Below are positions 23,959-35,569 of a stretch of DNA of 64,000 bases, in pieces (the stretch's first letter is position 1; every line of letters starts with the position of its first letter). The notes beneath the pieces were generated by a model. The model made no database searches. It was not told the origin of the DNA and saw nothing but the letters and a program-made list of their open reading frames with translations. Source of the DNA: Torpedo marmorata. Lineage: Eukaryota. The translations under genes were made by a program, and so were the position numbers. The stretch covers positions 42,904,001 through 42,968,000 of the forward strand of contig OZ360238.1 in NCBI GenBank assembly GCA_977017645.1. Direction: 5' to 3'.

Positions 23959-24370
23959 AATAGACAATAGACAATAGGAGCTGGAGTAGGCCCTTCGGCC
24001 CGTCGAGCCAGCACCGCCATTTTACAGATCATGGCTGATCACTACTATCAGTACCCCTTACCAGCCTTATCGCCATAACCCTTAACTCCTCTGCCCACTA
24101 GAGTCTTATCTAACTCTCTTTTGAACATAATCAGCGAATCTGCCTCTACCACCCTCTGTGGCAGAGAGCATTCCACAGATTCACACTTCTCTGGGTAAAA
24201 AAATTTTTCCTCATCTCCGTCCTAAAGGGCCTTCCCTGTATTCTTAAACTATGCCCTCTAGTCCTCGTCTCTCCCATCATTGGGAACAAGTAATCTGACT
24301 TCACCCTGTCTATCCCCTTGATAATTTTGTATACCTCAATCATGTCCCCCCTCATCCTTCTAAACTCCAT
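23959..24370 (-). mobile_element. Young CR1 3' end
   Basis: ORF 24146-24370 MRGDMIEVYKII.GIDRV...TRGHSL...RKNFFTQR; (AATAGAC)n tail. Confidence 0.9.
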
Positions 24371-25075
24371 ACATAGACATTGTCATACAGCACGGAAGAG
24401 GCCTTTTGACCCAACTCATCACCTCAGAATAAGTTAGCATTCTGGGCTAGTCCCATTTGCCGACATTTAGCCCATATCTTTCTAACTACTTTCTATGTGC
24501 ATACTGCATATGCCGGCGCATAAGACGCCTCTTATATAAGACAACCCCCTGAATTTCCACTTAAAATGTAGATTTTGAGCTATACTCGCTGTATAAGATT
24601 ATTCCAAGTCTTACTGCCCCAATAGTCCTTTACCAACCATCCCACTGATCAGTGGAGTGATGCTGTCACAATATTTTAATAGCAAATTACCCAGTAAAGG
24701 TTTAAATTTTAATAGCATATTTTAAAATGTACCACTGTCAGCTCCTTTAACAGGCCATATAAGGCCTGTACAGAGCTGACAGCAGTCGGATTGGGCGGAT
24801 GGACCCCGCGTGGGAGCACTGAGACTTTGCTGTTAAGGTTCGGATTTTATTCTTGGCGTATTGGGGTGACATTTTAAAAGTTCAAGCACCATCTTATATG
24901 CCGGCATATACGGTACCTGTCCAAAAGTCTTTGGAACATTGAAATCATACCTATTTCTATTGTTTCCTCTGGCAGCATGATCCAGACGCAGCCCATCCTC
25001 TTGATGAAAAGGTTGCTCCTCAGGTCCTTCTTACACCCCTCCCCTCTCACCTTATAATTATGCACCCTAGTTCTA
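24371..25075 (-). mobile_element. Older CR1 3' end interrupted by MITE
   Basis: CATACAGCACGGAAGAGGCC tail; sequence resumes CCTGTCCAAA at 24916; ORF 24874-25065. Confidence 0.75.
24504..24913. mobile_element. Tc1/mariner-superfamily (Tc2/pogo-like) MITE
   Basis: TIR CTGCATATGCCGGCGCATAAGA / TCTTATATGCCGGCATATACGG; TA at 24502-24503 and 24914-24915. Confidence 0.8.
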
Positions 25076-25489
25076 CAGATGAACTCAACAGTGTGTCTGT
25101 TAGCAAGACCACTTTTGGACTTGAGTCCAAAGATCCAGATTGCAACACTAATGTGGTACTGCGAGAATGCCGAGGTTTTGGAGGTCTTTTGAATGAGATA
25201 TTAAAGCCTTTGGTCACTTAAGTGGTTGTAAACATTCTGTAGGATTGTTTTGAAAAAGAGGAGGAGAGTTATCCCTGGTACCTCGGCCAGGGATTGATAA
25301 TTGGTTCACAGACAGAAACCAAAGGATGAGAGTACACGGGTCTTTGTGAGGCTGTCACCTGTTAAAGACCCACATGACTGGTTGAGTACTTGTAGGAACC
25401 AGACTCTGTTTCTCTTTCCATCAATGCTTCCTGACCTGCTGAGTATTCCTGGCATTTTCTACTTTGGTTTCAGTTTTTTGTTTCAATTA

Positions 25490-25805
25490 CTGGCAATTAG
25501 GGTGCACTTAGTAATAAAGCTGCCTCTCAGCTCCCGAGACTGGGTTCAACTTTGACGGGCAGTGCTGCCTGTTTGGAGTTTGCATGTTCTCCCTGTAATA
25601 ATTCTGGGTGCTTTGAATTCCTCCTACATCCCATAGCTGTGTGCATTTGAAGGTTAATTGGCTGCTCTTCCAATGTTTAGGTGGGTGGTTGAATTTTGTG
25701 GGGTGTTGAAGGGAATAGGTTACTGTGAAAATTAGTGGGAGAATGGAATTGCTCTGTAAATGGCTGTGAATTTATTGGGCTGAATGGCCTGTTTCCATGT
25801 CTAAA
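25490..25805 (+). mobile_element. Old V-domain SINE (longer HE1-like type)
   Basis: GGAGTTTGCATGTTCTCCCTG, TTCCTCCTACATCCCA, tail TGGGCTGAATGGCCTGTTTCCATG. Confidence 0.7.
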
Positions 25806-25835
25806 GAAAAGTTAAAATATGGAAATTGTCCAAGA

Positions 25836-26064
25836 AACAGTTAGTGTAGTGGTTAGCACAACTCTGTTACAGAGCCAGCGACCTAGGTACGAATCCGGCG
25901 CTGTCTGTAAGGAGTTTGTACATTCTCCCCGTGTCTGCATTGGTTTCCTCCGGGTGCCCTGGTTTCCTCCATTCAAAACATATGGGGTTTGTAGGTTAAT
26001 TGGTTTAATTGGGTGACATGGTATCCTGGGTCGGAAGGGCCTGTTACCGTGCTGTATGTCTAAA
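25836..26064 (+). mobile_element. V-domain SINE
   Basis: Head, V-domain and tail as in the other copies. Confidence 0.88.
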
Positions 26065-26816
26065 TGTAAACTTTTTCACACCCTCTTTACGTTTGCATTC
26101 AAAATATTTTTCCAGAGTTGTTTCTACCTGATGAACTGCTTTATAGACTTCACCACAATTCTCTCTATCAGTACTTTCGATCTGTGTCCATACCACCTTT
26201 CTTCCACCTGTATATCCACACTATCAGATTGATGTCTTGAATCTGCATCACATTGTACAGAGAGACTGTTTCTCAGAATGTGGAGCCAAGCCCTCACCAC
26301 TACCAGTACTCAGTATACTTATCAAAGCCCACCTTATCCTTAACATTAATCTGATCAGATTGCTATGACTGTTGAAGTTGATCTATATGGGGAAGTGGGC
26401 AAGAAGATATTCCTCTGTGAGCTACTGTTTAGTCAAGAAGAAAGACTGATGCTAACACAATCATTAACCCAAGAGCTGGAACATTGGCAAACATGGTAAT
26501 ACTCCTGACATTTGACAATCTACCTTGTAGCTTTTTATTGCTGATTGATTAAACAATGGATTATTTTGTGTTCTTCTACACCAAGAAATACAATTAGTAT
26601 GAAAACTACAGACAAAATTGTTGTCAGCTCCCTTGCAACACAAACAAATGCATAGAAAATATTTTTCCCCAGGAAATAATCCATGCCAGTGTTTGGGCAT
26701 TGGACAGGATGGATTGGATACTAAAAAGTTTGGATATGGATTGTACTTGTAGTTTCATTGGAAGGCCAGATTCTTTGTGCTATTATTTTGTCAATATGCA
26801 GTTTACCTGCAAACTC

Positions 26817-27275
26817 CAGAACCATAGAACACTATAGCACAGAAACAGGCCCTTCTAGTCTGTGCCAAACTATTTTTCTGCCTAGTCCCACTGACCTGCA
26901 CCCGGACTATATCCCTCCATACCCCTCCCATCCATGTACCTGTCCAAATTTGTCTTAAATGTCAAAATTGAGCCTGCATTTACCAATTCAGCCGGCAGCT
27001 CATTCCATACTCTTACCACGCTCTGCATGAAGAAGTTCCCCCGAATGTTCCCTTTAAACTTTTCCCCATCCACGCTTTACCCACGTCCTCTAGTTTTTAT
27101 CTTACTGAACCTCAGTGGGGAAAGTCTACTTGCATTTACTCTATCTATACCCATCATAATTTTGTGTACCTCTATCAAACCTCCCCTCATTCTGCGCTCC
27201 AGGGAATAAAATGCTGACCTGTTTAACCTCTCCCTGCAACTCTGTTCCTCAAGTCCTGGCAACATACTTGTAAAT
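26817..27275 (-). mobile_element. CR1 3' end
   Basis: ORFs 26882-27073 and 27077-27403: ERLNR...YSLERRMRGGLIEVHKIM.GIDRV, RGNFF.Q.VVRVWNELP. Confidence 0.9.
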
Positions 27276-27369
27276 CTACTTGGAAATATTGCCCCAGTTA
27301 CTTTGTTTAAGATCCAGCTGCCCTTGTGACCTGCCTCTCTTTGGGATTTGTATATGAAGAGTAGTGAAA

Positions 27370-27690
27370 TACTGCTGCTGCTTCCTCTTTGGCATTCCTT
27401 CAAGAGGATGACTTCCTTCCAATCCAGCTTAGAGAGGAAGTGGGGATCAGAGCCTCTTCCACAGCTGGATGGATTGGAGTGTAGTTTGTAAGGTGGCCCA
27501 TTCCTGCTGCCCCTTATGTAGGAATTATGTGAGCCCTAGATGAATGGCCACACACTGCTCAACATCATCCCACAGAGCCCTTCTCCACTTGAGCAATCAT
27601 TGACTTGAGATTCTGAGGAATCGATGGGGATGCTAAATTTCTTCAAGGAGGCTGCTCCAAAGTGGCCACCTCTGACAAGCATCTGTGATA
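27370..27690 (-). mobile_element. Degenerate RTE-clade LINE 3' end
   Basis: Minus strand near 27650 reads ASLKKFSIPIDS.ES, like RTE ORF C-termini (KASLKKCxIxxxxWE). Confidence 0.45.
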
Positions 27691-29414
27691 GTGGCAGGTC
27701 ATGGAAATAAATAGCAAAATGTCACAAAAAGTACTTTTTAACATGGAGAGTGAATTGTGAAAGATTCATTACTTCAAATGCAATCCACTTCCTCATTGTT
27801 GAAACCTAAATCCTTCCTTCTGTTGTTTATAGACTGGTATATTGCCAGTTTCTTGAAAAGCAGAATGTGGCAAGCTATTGTTGTTCGACTGTTGATTAAA
27901 ACAAACAGATGAGTATCATCAAGCAGACATGAGAACTCACTGTGAGTAATCTTATTACCAAATAACATGTTGACCTGTTCCACAAATGGGTCTAATTGCA
28001 TTGCACACTGAAGGAGGTTGTTGGGACATTCACGGCATGGTGTATATTATCCTGGAATCAGATCTTGTCATCTTTAGGTTATGATCTCTTTTTAATATAA
28101 ACTGTTCCTTGCACTCTGTTCACTTATTAGTTTCCTCTAGATTAATTGGAAGCTACATCACATCAACGGAGATTAGAAAAATCTAATTTTCCCCATTGAG
28201 AGCAGTGGATATCGGGGCTGAAGGATCACCAGAACCTTACAATAGTTTCTTTTAAAAATACAATCAGGAAACCATCTGTCTTTGAAAAGAGATTGGAGGT
28301 GACAAGCAAGGTCCCTGACTTTCATGAAAAATTAAAATCCCAAATAGTTGTTAGAAATTTCAAAATCCACCAAACAAAAAAGGGATTTAATTTATCAATC
28401 AAATGCTAACTACAGGAATCAGTGGTCCCTTGAAGGACAAATATATGGTACAAATGGTTTTGTGCGCAAGGAATTTCTTGTAGAAGAAAATTCTATCCCA
28501 TTTTGAGATATAGGTTGGAATAATATACTCTCTGGATGAGAGAGGGTTTTCAGTATCATACCTCTTGCTTCTTAAGTTAAATGTCACCTCCAATGTGCCA
28601 CTCAGTTAGTGCTGGCTTGTAAAACAAAACTCAAAAAATTGAGTTGAAAGTTAAAATGAATAATAAAATCTAAATCCAATCACAACTTCACCCCAACCAG
28701 AACTCGCACCATAAAAAGAGCTTCTTTAGAAAGGCAATGATCCGTGCTAAATAGTTAATGACAAAACTGGGCAATTGCTTTTTTTCTTTTTTTAAATCTA
28801 TCCTTTCCACAATAAAGCTATGCATTTGGAATACATTCTCGGCTCGTCCTGTAAAAACCAGAAAATTTTAAGACATGGTTCTAAATGGTTATCGTGGTTT
28901 TAATATCTCAACTCCCTGCAGGCTTTTAAAGTCCCCTAATAGATAAAATTACATGGCGTCACAGTGAATGAACAAGTCCTTCCACATTCTAGCTCTTTTT
29001 TTCCCTCTCTCCCCTTCACTGCCTTCTGCGTTTCTTCTAGGCAAAGTTCACATTGAAGTGTGACAAGTGACACTTGACAACTGACACATGCTGTATCTTA
29101 TCAACACAAAGCACAGACAGTCCTCTGCTGAAGAATGATTGTCATTTTGCCTGTTTGTCATTCCCCACCCTGTTTCATTTGTCAATCTATCCCTAAAGGT
29201 TCCTACTCGATCCTGCGTTTGATATCTTCATTCGTCTCAATTCAGATTCCATCTCGTCACAAAATAGATGAATGTTTAGTATAATTTGAAAAGATCTATT
29301 CCTTCCTGCATAGATACTGTGCCAGGCCACACTGAGCAGATTGAGGGCTGATTGCATTACACTGAAACAATTGAAAAACTTGCATGATAACTGTAAAAAA
29401 AACTGCATGGTAAT

Positions 29415-29720
29415 AGCAGTACATCACAAGAACAGGCCATTTGGTCCCTCACATCCAGGTTGCTATTTATGCTCCACATATGTCTCTTCAACTTATCCTT
29501 TAAATGCAACCTTCAGTGTTTTGCTCTGTCACATATTTAAATTATCTGTGCTGTTCACTTCTACTATTCCCTGTGGAGCCTCCTTTCACATCCAAACTAC
29601 TATCTGGGTAAGAAAGTTTCTGCTGCATTCCCTATGGGATTTATTAGAGATTAAACATTGGTTAACTCAGAAGAATGGTTGTGACCTACTATTCCAACAT
29701 TGTTTCTTGTTATGATTTAA
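29415..29720 (-). mobile_element. Old CR1 3' end
   Basis: AGAACAGGCCATTTGGTCC tail and ACTATCTGGGTAAGAAAGTTTC motif. Confidence 0.55.
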
Positions 29721-30029
29721 TACGATAAATTCTAAATAGAATCGACAGATCAGAGTGGTTCAAGGTTCAGTCCCTGGATTGAGGCATGCTTGCTGATCTT
29801 CACCAGGGTAATCTTGAGGTACAACAGTTGTCATGACCTTTGCACTTATGAAGGGTTGATTGATTGTAAAATCAGACAACAGATTGTTGCCCAGTCGCCT
29901 ATGCAGGATGCATGTGTGTAGCTGTCAAATGAGAAGGTTGTCAGGATCAGTGGGGGTCCCATGATACTTCAACAATAGATACGTGGAGCCTAGGTATTAG
30001 TCTGGAGAGATGTCAGGTGCTTTGTAAAA

Positions 30030-30150
30030 TTGAAAAACTGCAGATGCTGGAAATCTGATACAAAAAGAAGTACTGGAAACAGCAGTTCAGCTGGCATCTG
30101 TGGAGAGAGAAACAAAAGTTAACGTTTCAGGTCAAGAGCTGGTTATCAGA
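30030..30150 (-). mobile_element. Old Penelope pseudo-LTR remnant
   Basis: CTGCAGATGCTGGAAATCTG...GCATCTGTGGAGAGAGAAAC...GTTAACGTTTCAGG...TTATCAG. Confidence 0.65.
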
Positions 30151-30237
30151 AACATTTTCTACATCACTTCAAAAGGAAGAGGGAGAAAATCAGGGAGGGA
30201 AGAAAATTTAGGGTCGATGGCAAGGATATGTAGCCTA

Positions 30238-31828
30238 CAGAATCAGAATCAGAATCAGAATTTATTGTCATGAACAAGTCACGAAATTCGGTGTTTTGCG
30301 GCAGCATCACAGTGCAATTAACATTCATATTATAACCATCTTACGACATTACTATAAAAAATTATAAATAATAGTTCACGAAAAGTAAGGCAGTGTCTTT
30401 GGTTCATTGGTTATTCAGGAATCTGATGGCAGTGGGGAAGAAGCTGTCCTTGTGTCGTTGAGTGCTCGTCTTTAGGCTCCTGTACCTTTTTCCCGATGGT
30501 AGCAGAGTGAAGAGGGCATGGCCTGGGTGTTGGGGGTCTTTGAGGATAGAGGCTGCTTTTTTAAGACACCGCCTCATGTAGATGTCTTCGATGGAGTGAA
30601 GTTTGGTGCCTGTGATGTCACAGGCCGAGTTAACAACCCTTATTCTTGTCCTGAGAGTTGGAGCCTCCATACCAGGCAGTGATGCAACCAGCCAGAATGC
30701 TCTCCACGGTACACCTGTAGAAGTTTACGAGAGTCTTCGGTTACATACCGAATCTCCTCAGACACCTCACAAAATATAGCCGCTGTCGAGCCTTCTTTGT
30801 GATTGCATCAACGTGGAGGCTCCAGGACAGATCCTCGGAGATGTTGACACCCAAGAATTTGAAGTTCTTGACCCTCTCCACTACTGAGCCCTCAATGAGG
30901 ACTGGGACGTGTTCCCCTGACTTCCTCCTGAAGTCCATAATCATCTCCTTGGTTTTGCTGACGTTGAGCTCAAGGTTGTTGTCATTACACCATTCAACGA
31001 GCTGATCTATCTCCCTCCTGTCCACTTCCTCATTGCCGTTTGTGATTCTGCCGACAACTGTGGTGTCATCGGCAAACTTGTAGATGGCATTGGAATTGTC
31101 CCTGGCCACACAGTCGTGGGTGTATAACGAGTAGAGCAGTGGACTAAGCATGCATCCTTGGGGTGCGCCTGTGTTGATAATCAGTGAGGAGGAGACGTTG
31201 TTTCCAATTCGTACTGTCTGTGGTCTTCCAATGAGAAAGTCAAGGATCCAGTTGCAGAGTGGGGTACAGAGGCCTAGAGTTTGTAGCTTCTTGAAGGCCA
31301 AGCTGTGTTCGATGAAGAGCAGCCGTATGTATGAATTGCTGTTTTCGTGGTGATCCAGAGCTGAGTGGAGAGCCAGCGATATTGCATCTGCTGTGGAGCG
31401 ATTATGACGATAGGCGAATTGCAGTGGGTCCAGATCTTTGCTTAGGTACGTATTAGTTCTGGCCATGACCAGCCTCTCAAAGCATTTCATCACAGTAGGA
31501 GTTAGTGCTACTGGGCGGTAGTCGTTGAGGCAGCTCACACTACTCTTCTTGGGTACCGGGATGATTGATGCCCTTTTGAAGCAGGTGGGAACCTCTGACT
31601 GCTGCAATGAGAGGTTGAAAATGTCGTGAACACTCCGGCTAGTTGGTTGGCGCAGATTTTCAGTACCCTGCCAGGTACACCGTCAGCGCCTGACGCCTTG
31701 CGAGGGTTCACCCTCTTGAATGATGTTCTGACGTCGCCCTCAGAGACAGATATCACAGGGTGCTCAGCCTTTTCAGGGATTCTAGTAGGCACTGTTTGGT
31801 TCTTCTTCTCAAAGCGGGCATAGAAGGT
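30238..31828 (-). mobile_element. Rex1/Babar LINE, 5'-truncated, RT domain with frameshifts
   Basis: ORFs 31535-31792, 30741-31607, 30404-30670: [32 protein letters not shown]; (GATTCT)n tail. Confidence 0.95.
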
Positions 31829-31829
31829 G

Positions 31830-32300
31830 GGCTGCTGGAGGAACTCAGCGGGTCAGGCAGCATCTATGCGTAGAAACAGTTGGTCAACATTTTGGGTTTG
31901 GACCTTTTTTTGAGAATAAAATAAAAAGGAGGTGATATTACAAATGTGAAGGGGGAAAGGAGCTGGGGAGAGCCAAGAGGTGATGGAGTGTTGGATGGGA
32001 ATGTAGAAAATGGTTTAGATAAACCTGAAATGATAATTATGTTCCTTTCTCCACAGATGTTATCTGAACTGGTGATTACTCTCTCAGTTCTTGACCCCTC
32101 CCTTGCTTCTTTCTCCCTTCACATATGCAATATCACCTCCTTTTTATATATAATATTTTTACTTTAGTCTTGATAAAGGGACCCAACCCAAAATGTTGAC
32201 TGATCATTTCTACACACGGATGCTGTCTGACGCACTGAGTTCCTCCAGCAGCTCATTGTTTGCTCAAGATTCCGACATCTGCAGTTTTTGTGCTTCTCTC
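31830..32300. mobile_element. Fold-back Penelope pseudo-LTR pair
   Basis: GCTGCTGGAGGAACTCAGCG...CAACATTTTGGGTT is inverted relative to AACCCAAAATGTTG...CTGAGTTCCTCCAGCAGC. Confidence 0.75.
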
Positions 32301-32435
32301 CAAGAATATCTATGTACGTTGGTGGTCTTCAACGTGGTAATTCCTGCTCAACAGCTGAAGAGTGAAATCTGTCTAAATCAGATAGTTACATCGGTTAACT
32401 CTTGATTGGCAGGAGAGATCATTAAGAAAGGAGTA

Positions 32436-33049
32436 CAGGTCGTTTCCGATAATCCGAAATGCTCGGGACCGGACATGTATCGGTTAACTGCATTTTTCGG
32501 ATAATTGAGAAATGGCTTTAAGCAGCCCAGTAGCATCTGCAGAATACTTGTATCAGCCGTCGCCGATCCCCACCACCTCCCCACCGCCGTCGCCGAACCT
32601 GCCCGGGAGCCCGAGGTCCCCGCTCCATTCCCCCCCCCCCCGGTCCGATGCTGCCGCCGCCACCCCCAGCCCCCACGGTCCGATGCCGCGGAAAAATCAG
32701 TTCCCCCCCCACGGTTGCCCTAATGCCCCCCGATTAGATTTGTTCTGACGCCGACTCTGGGAACAGCGGAGATCCAAGTACAGTGGAGGGTATAGAAGAA
32801 ATGGAAAGAGAGAGGGAAGGGAGTTACCTGAAATGAGGACAATCTCCCCATGCGTTGCCTGACCCGCCGACTTCCTCCAGACGCTCACTGATGTTACCAA
32901 ACTGGCGCTAACAGCGCGTCAGAGCCCACATAAGCACATAGGGTGAAATTTTTTTTCAACAACTTGTGATGTCATGTTGCTGCCGAAATATTTTTCGGAT
33001 AACTGAGAATTTCGGTTAAGTGGTTTTCAGATTATCGGTAACGTACTTG
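32436..33049. mobile_element. Tigger-like MITE with GC-rich interior
   Basis: TA+CAGGTCGTTTCCGATAATCCGAAA / TTTCAGATTATCGGTAACGTACTTG; subterminal TTTTCGGATAA repeats. Confidence 0.7.
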
Positions 33050-33129
33050 TCATCTCTGTTTTTGGGAATGTTCCTGGTTTTGAAATCCTATAGATTTACA
33101 ATATAAGGAAGGCCAAAGGGTAATACCTT

Positions 33130-34152
33130 TGACATAATTTTGTGTTCACAAATTAGCTAAAGGACAGAAAACAGGAAGAAGGAAGGAACGAGTCACTTTC
33201 AGGTTGGTTGAAGGTTACTAATGGAGTGCCACAGGGATCAGTCCTCGGCCCTTAGCTATGCACGATTTATATTAATGACTTGGGTGAAGAGGTAGAGAAT
33301 GATACAAAGCTAGGTGGGAAAGCGAGCTGTGAGGAGGTCATAGGAATCTAAACAGTTTCAGAGAGGGGCAAGCAAATGATGTTTATGAGTATAACAGGAA
33401 ACTATGAGATTAGACACTTTAATAGGAAAAATATAAAAACAGATACTTTAAACAGTGGAAAGACTGGTAACTGTTGGAATACACAGGAATCCTGATATGC
33501 TGGTTTGTGAAACACAGAAAGTAAATGTTACGGTAACCAAGCAATTGGAAGGCACACATAATGTTGGCGTGTAAAGGGACCAGTTTACAGAAGTGTGAAA
33601 GTCTTGCTGAGGTTGTTCAAGGCTTTAGTGAGACCACAGCCAGGAAACTGCCTGCAGTTTGCTCTTTGTTTCCAAGGAACATCATATTTGCTTAGGTTCA
33701 GGGTGATGCTGTTTCACAGGATTCAGTCCTGAGATGAGGGTTTGTATTATGAGGAAAGACTGTACTCTACTGACTGGAGCTGAACAGAATGTGCAATGAG
33801 CATATTGAGATATGCTAGGTTTTGAGGAGGATTGACAGTGTTGACAGTGTGCTTCCTCTGGCTGGAGTATCTGAAACTGGGGGTATAGTCTTAGAACACT
33901 GACTCAATTGTTTCGGATTGAGTCAAGGAGATTTTTTTTTTGCACAGAGGATTATAAATCTTTAGAATTCTCTGCCTCAGTGGACACTGATTGGTCAGAC
34001 AAATTGTATTCAAAGCTGCGATCGATAGATTTTTGGGAGCTGAAGGTAAAAGAGCAGGAATGTAGGCAAGGCATCTGATCATCCATGATAATGAGTGGCA
34101 GAACAGGCGCAAGGGACCAAATGGCCTTGCCCTGTTCCCATTTCTTACGTTC
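33130..34152 (+). mobile_element. Degenerate CR1 RT fragment to 3' end
   Basis: GGAGTGCCACAGGGATCAGTCCTCGGCCC (GVPQGSVLGP), IYINDL, 3' GGACCAAATGGCC hairpin. Confidence 0.8.
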
Positions 34153-34167
34153 TTTCCCGTGAGATTA

Positions 34168-35152
34168 ATAGCACTGAACAATCTTATGAATAGTTCTTCT
34201 ATTAGATTATATTCTGTAATCTTGAATCATGCTTAGTTCATTTATAAGGGATCATTAATTTTCTAAATGTATTGAAGATTTAATTGACTTTAACCCAGTA
34301 ACAGAATTAGTTGACCGTCTGGGCTCAATGCAAGGAAGAATCAAATCCAATCGGATAGCGCTGTACCTAAAGGAACCCCATATTATTCACTCTGCTACCA
34401 TTATTTTTAAACAACTTTTTTAGAGGCCCCAGATGCATCACTCTTTCGCCGAAATTGCTGATAATCTCATTTGGGAATCTGGTTTGGAAGAGTTAATGAG
34501 CTGGACAGCATGAGGGAGATGATTTAATATAAATAGAGATATAGTCATTAACCCGTGGTGCTTCAGTGATCATGTGACACACGTGTGAGTATGTGCATGA
34601 ATGTATGTATTTATTAAGCTCTTTCACACTGTCAGGCACACTAACTGCTCATTCCATCATTCATAACGTTAGTGCTCACTGTTCAGCAATGAACAGTGTC
34701 AAAAATATTGTGATTTTCTTTTTTTTAATTGTTAAATTGATCACTTGGTTATCATATTTCATATTTGGACTCATCTAGGGTATTAGCCCTGGCAAGGAAC
34801 CCTTTCCCCTTTCAGGCATGTCCCCTCGCAGTGAGCATCAATCATTCCCAACTTCCTCAACGCCCGTTGGCTGCGGAAGGAGATCCACTACAACATGCCG
34901 ATCATTGACATCAGACCAACCTCTCACACTGCCACCAAAATTCAGAGGCTAATAAGTTGCTGCTGTGGGTTTGCAAAGCAGAATCATGGGGACCTTGTTC
35001 TTATCCCTTACATTCTTTCCCCCTGGATGAATAGCATCAATCACTTTGGTGAATAGTTATTCTATTGGATTATATTCTGTAATCCTGCATCATGCTTAGT
35101 CCGTTAACAAGGGACCATCAATTTTTCAAAATGTATCGAATATTCAATTTAC
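34168..35152 (+). repeat. Dispersed direct repeat of about 100-120 bp (34168-34288 and 35030-35152)
   Basis: TGAATAGTT(C/A)TTCTATT(A/G)GATTATATTCTGTAATC(T/C)TG(A/C)ATCATGCTTAGT...AAGGGA...AAATGTAT occurs twice about 865 bp apart. Confidence 0.8.
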
Positions 35153-35569
35153 CGTGATCGAGATAAACTGGTTTCACACCAAGGGGTGTCAGGGTATCCC
35201 CCGAGAGGGAGCAAGAGGTGGCTACTGAAATGCTTGACACTTTCCACGGCCAGTGGATGCTGCAGAGAATGGAGTGCATTCAGCATAGCAAGAAGAATAT
35301 TTTAAGAGTAGGTCTTTGTTATCGATTCAAGTTTTTAACAGTGATTTTGAAAGAAAATTATCCTCACGGCCGGGAAAATAAAGAAAATTCTATCCCACTT
35401 ACTGCAACTGAATGAGGCCGAGGGCTGCGAAATAATTGTGTACAGCCTGCAACATGGAATTAAACAGCATATTGAAAGACTATTCAGTCCGTGTTTTGTC
35501 TGAATTAGCCTCACATACCCATTCTTTCCCCACCCCGCAATTTTCTTTCTTTTCAAGTCCGTGTTCATC

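Larger units (their letters stand above)
23912..25290 (+). mobile_element. Ancient Deu-domain SINE split by about 1.1 kb of younger insertions
   Basis: Head CTGAGTCAGGAGGTTGTGAGTT (to about 23958) continues at about 25115 as GGACTTGAG...GTACTGCGAGAATGC...GGAGGTCTTTTGAATGAGATATTAAA. Confidence 0.55.
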
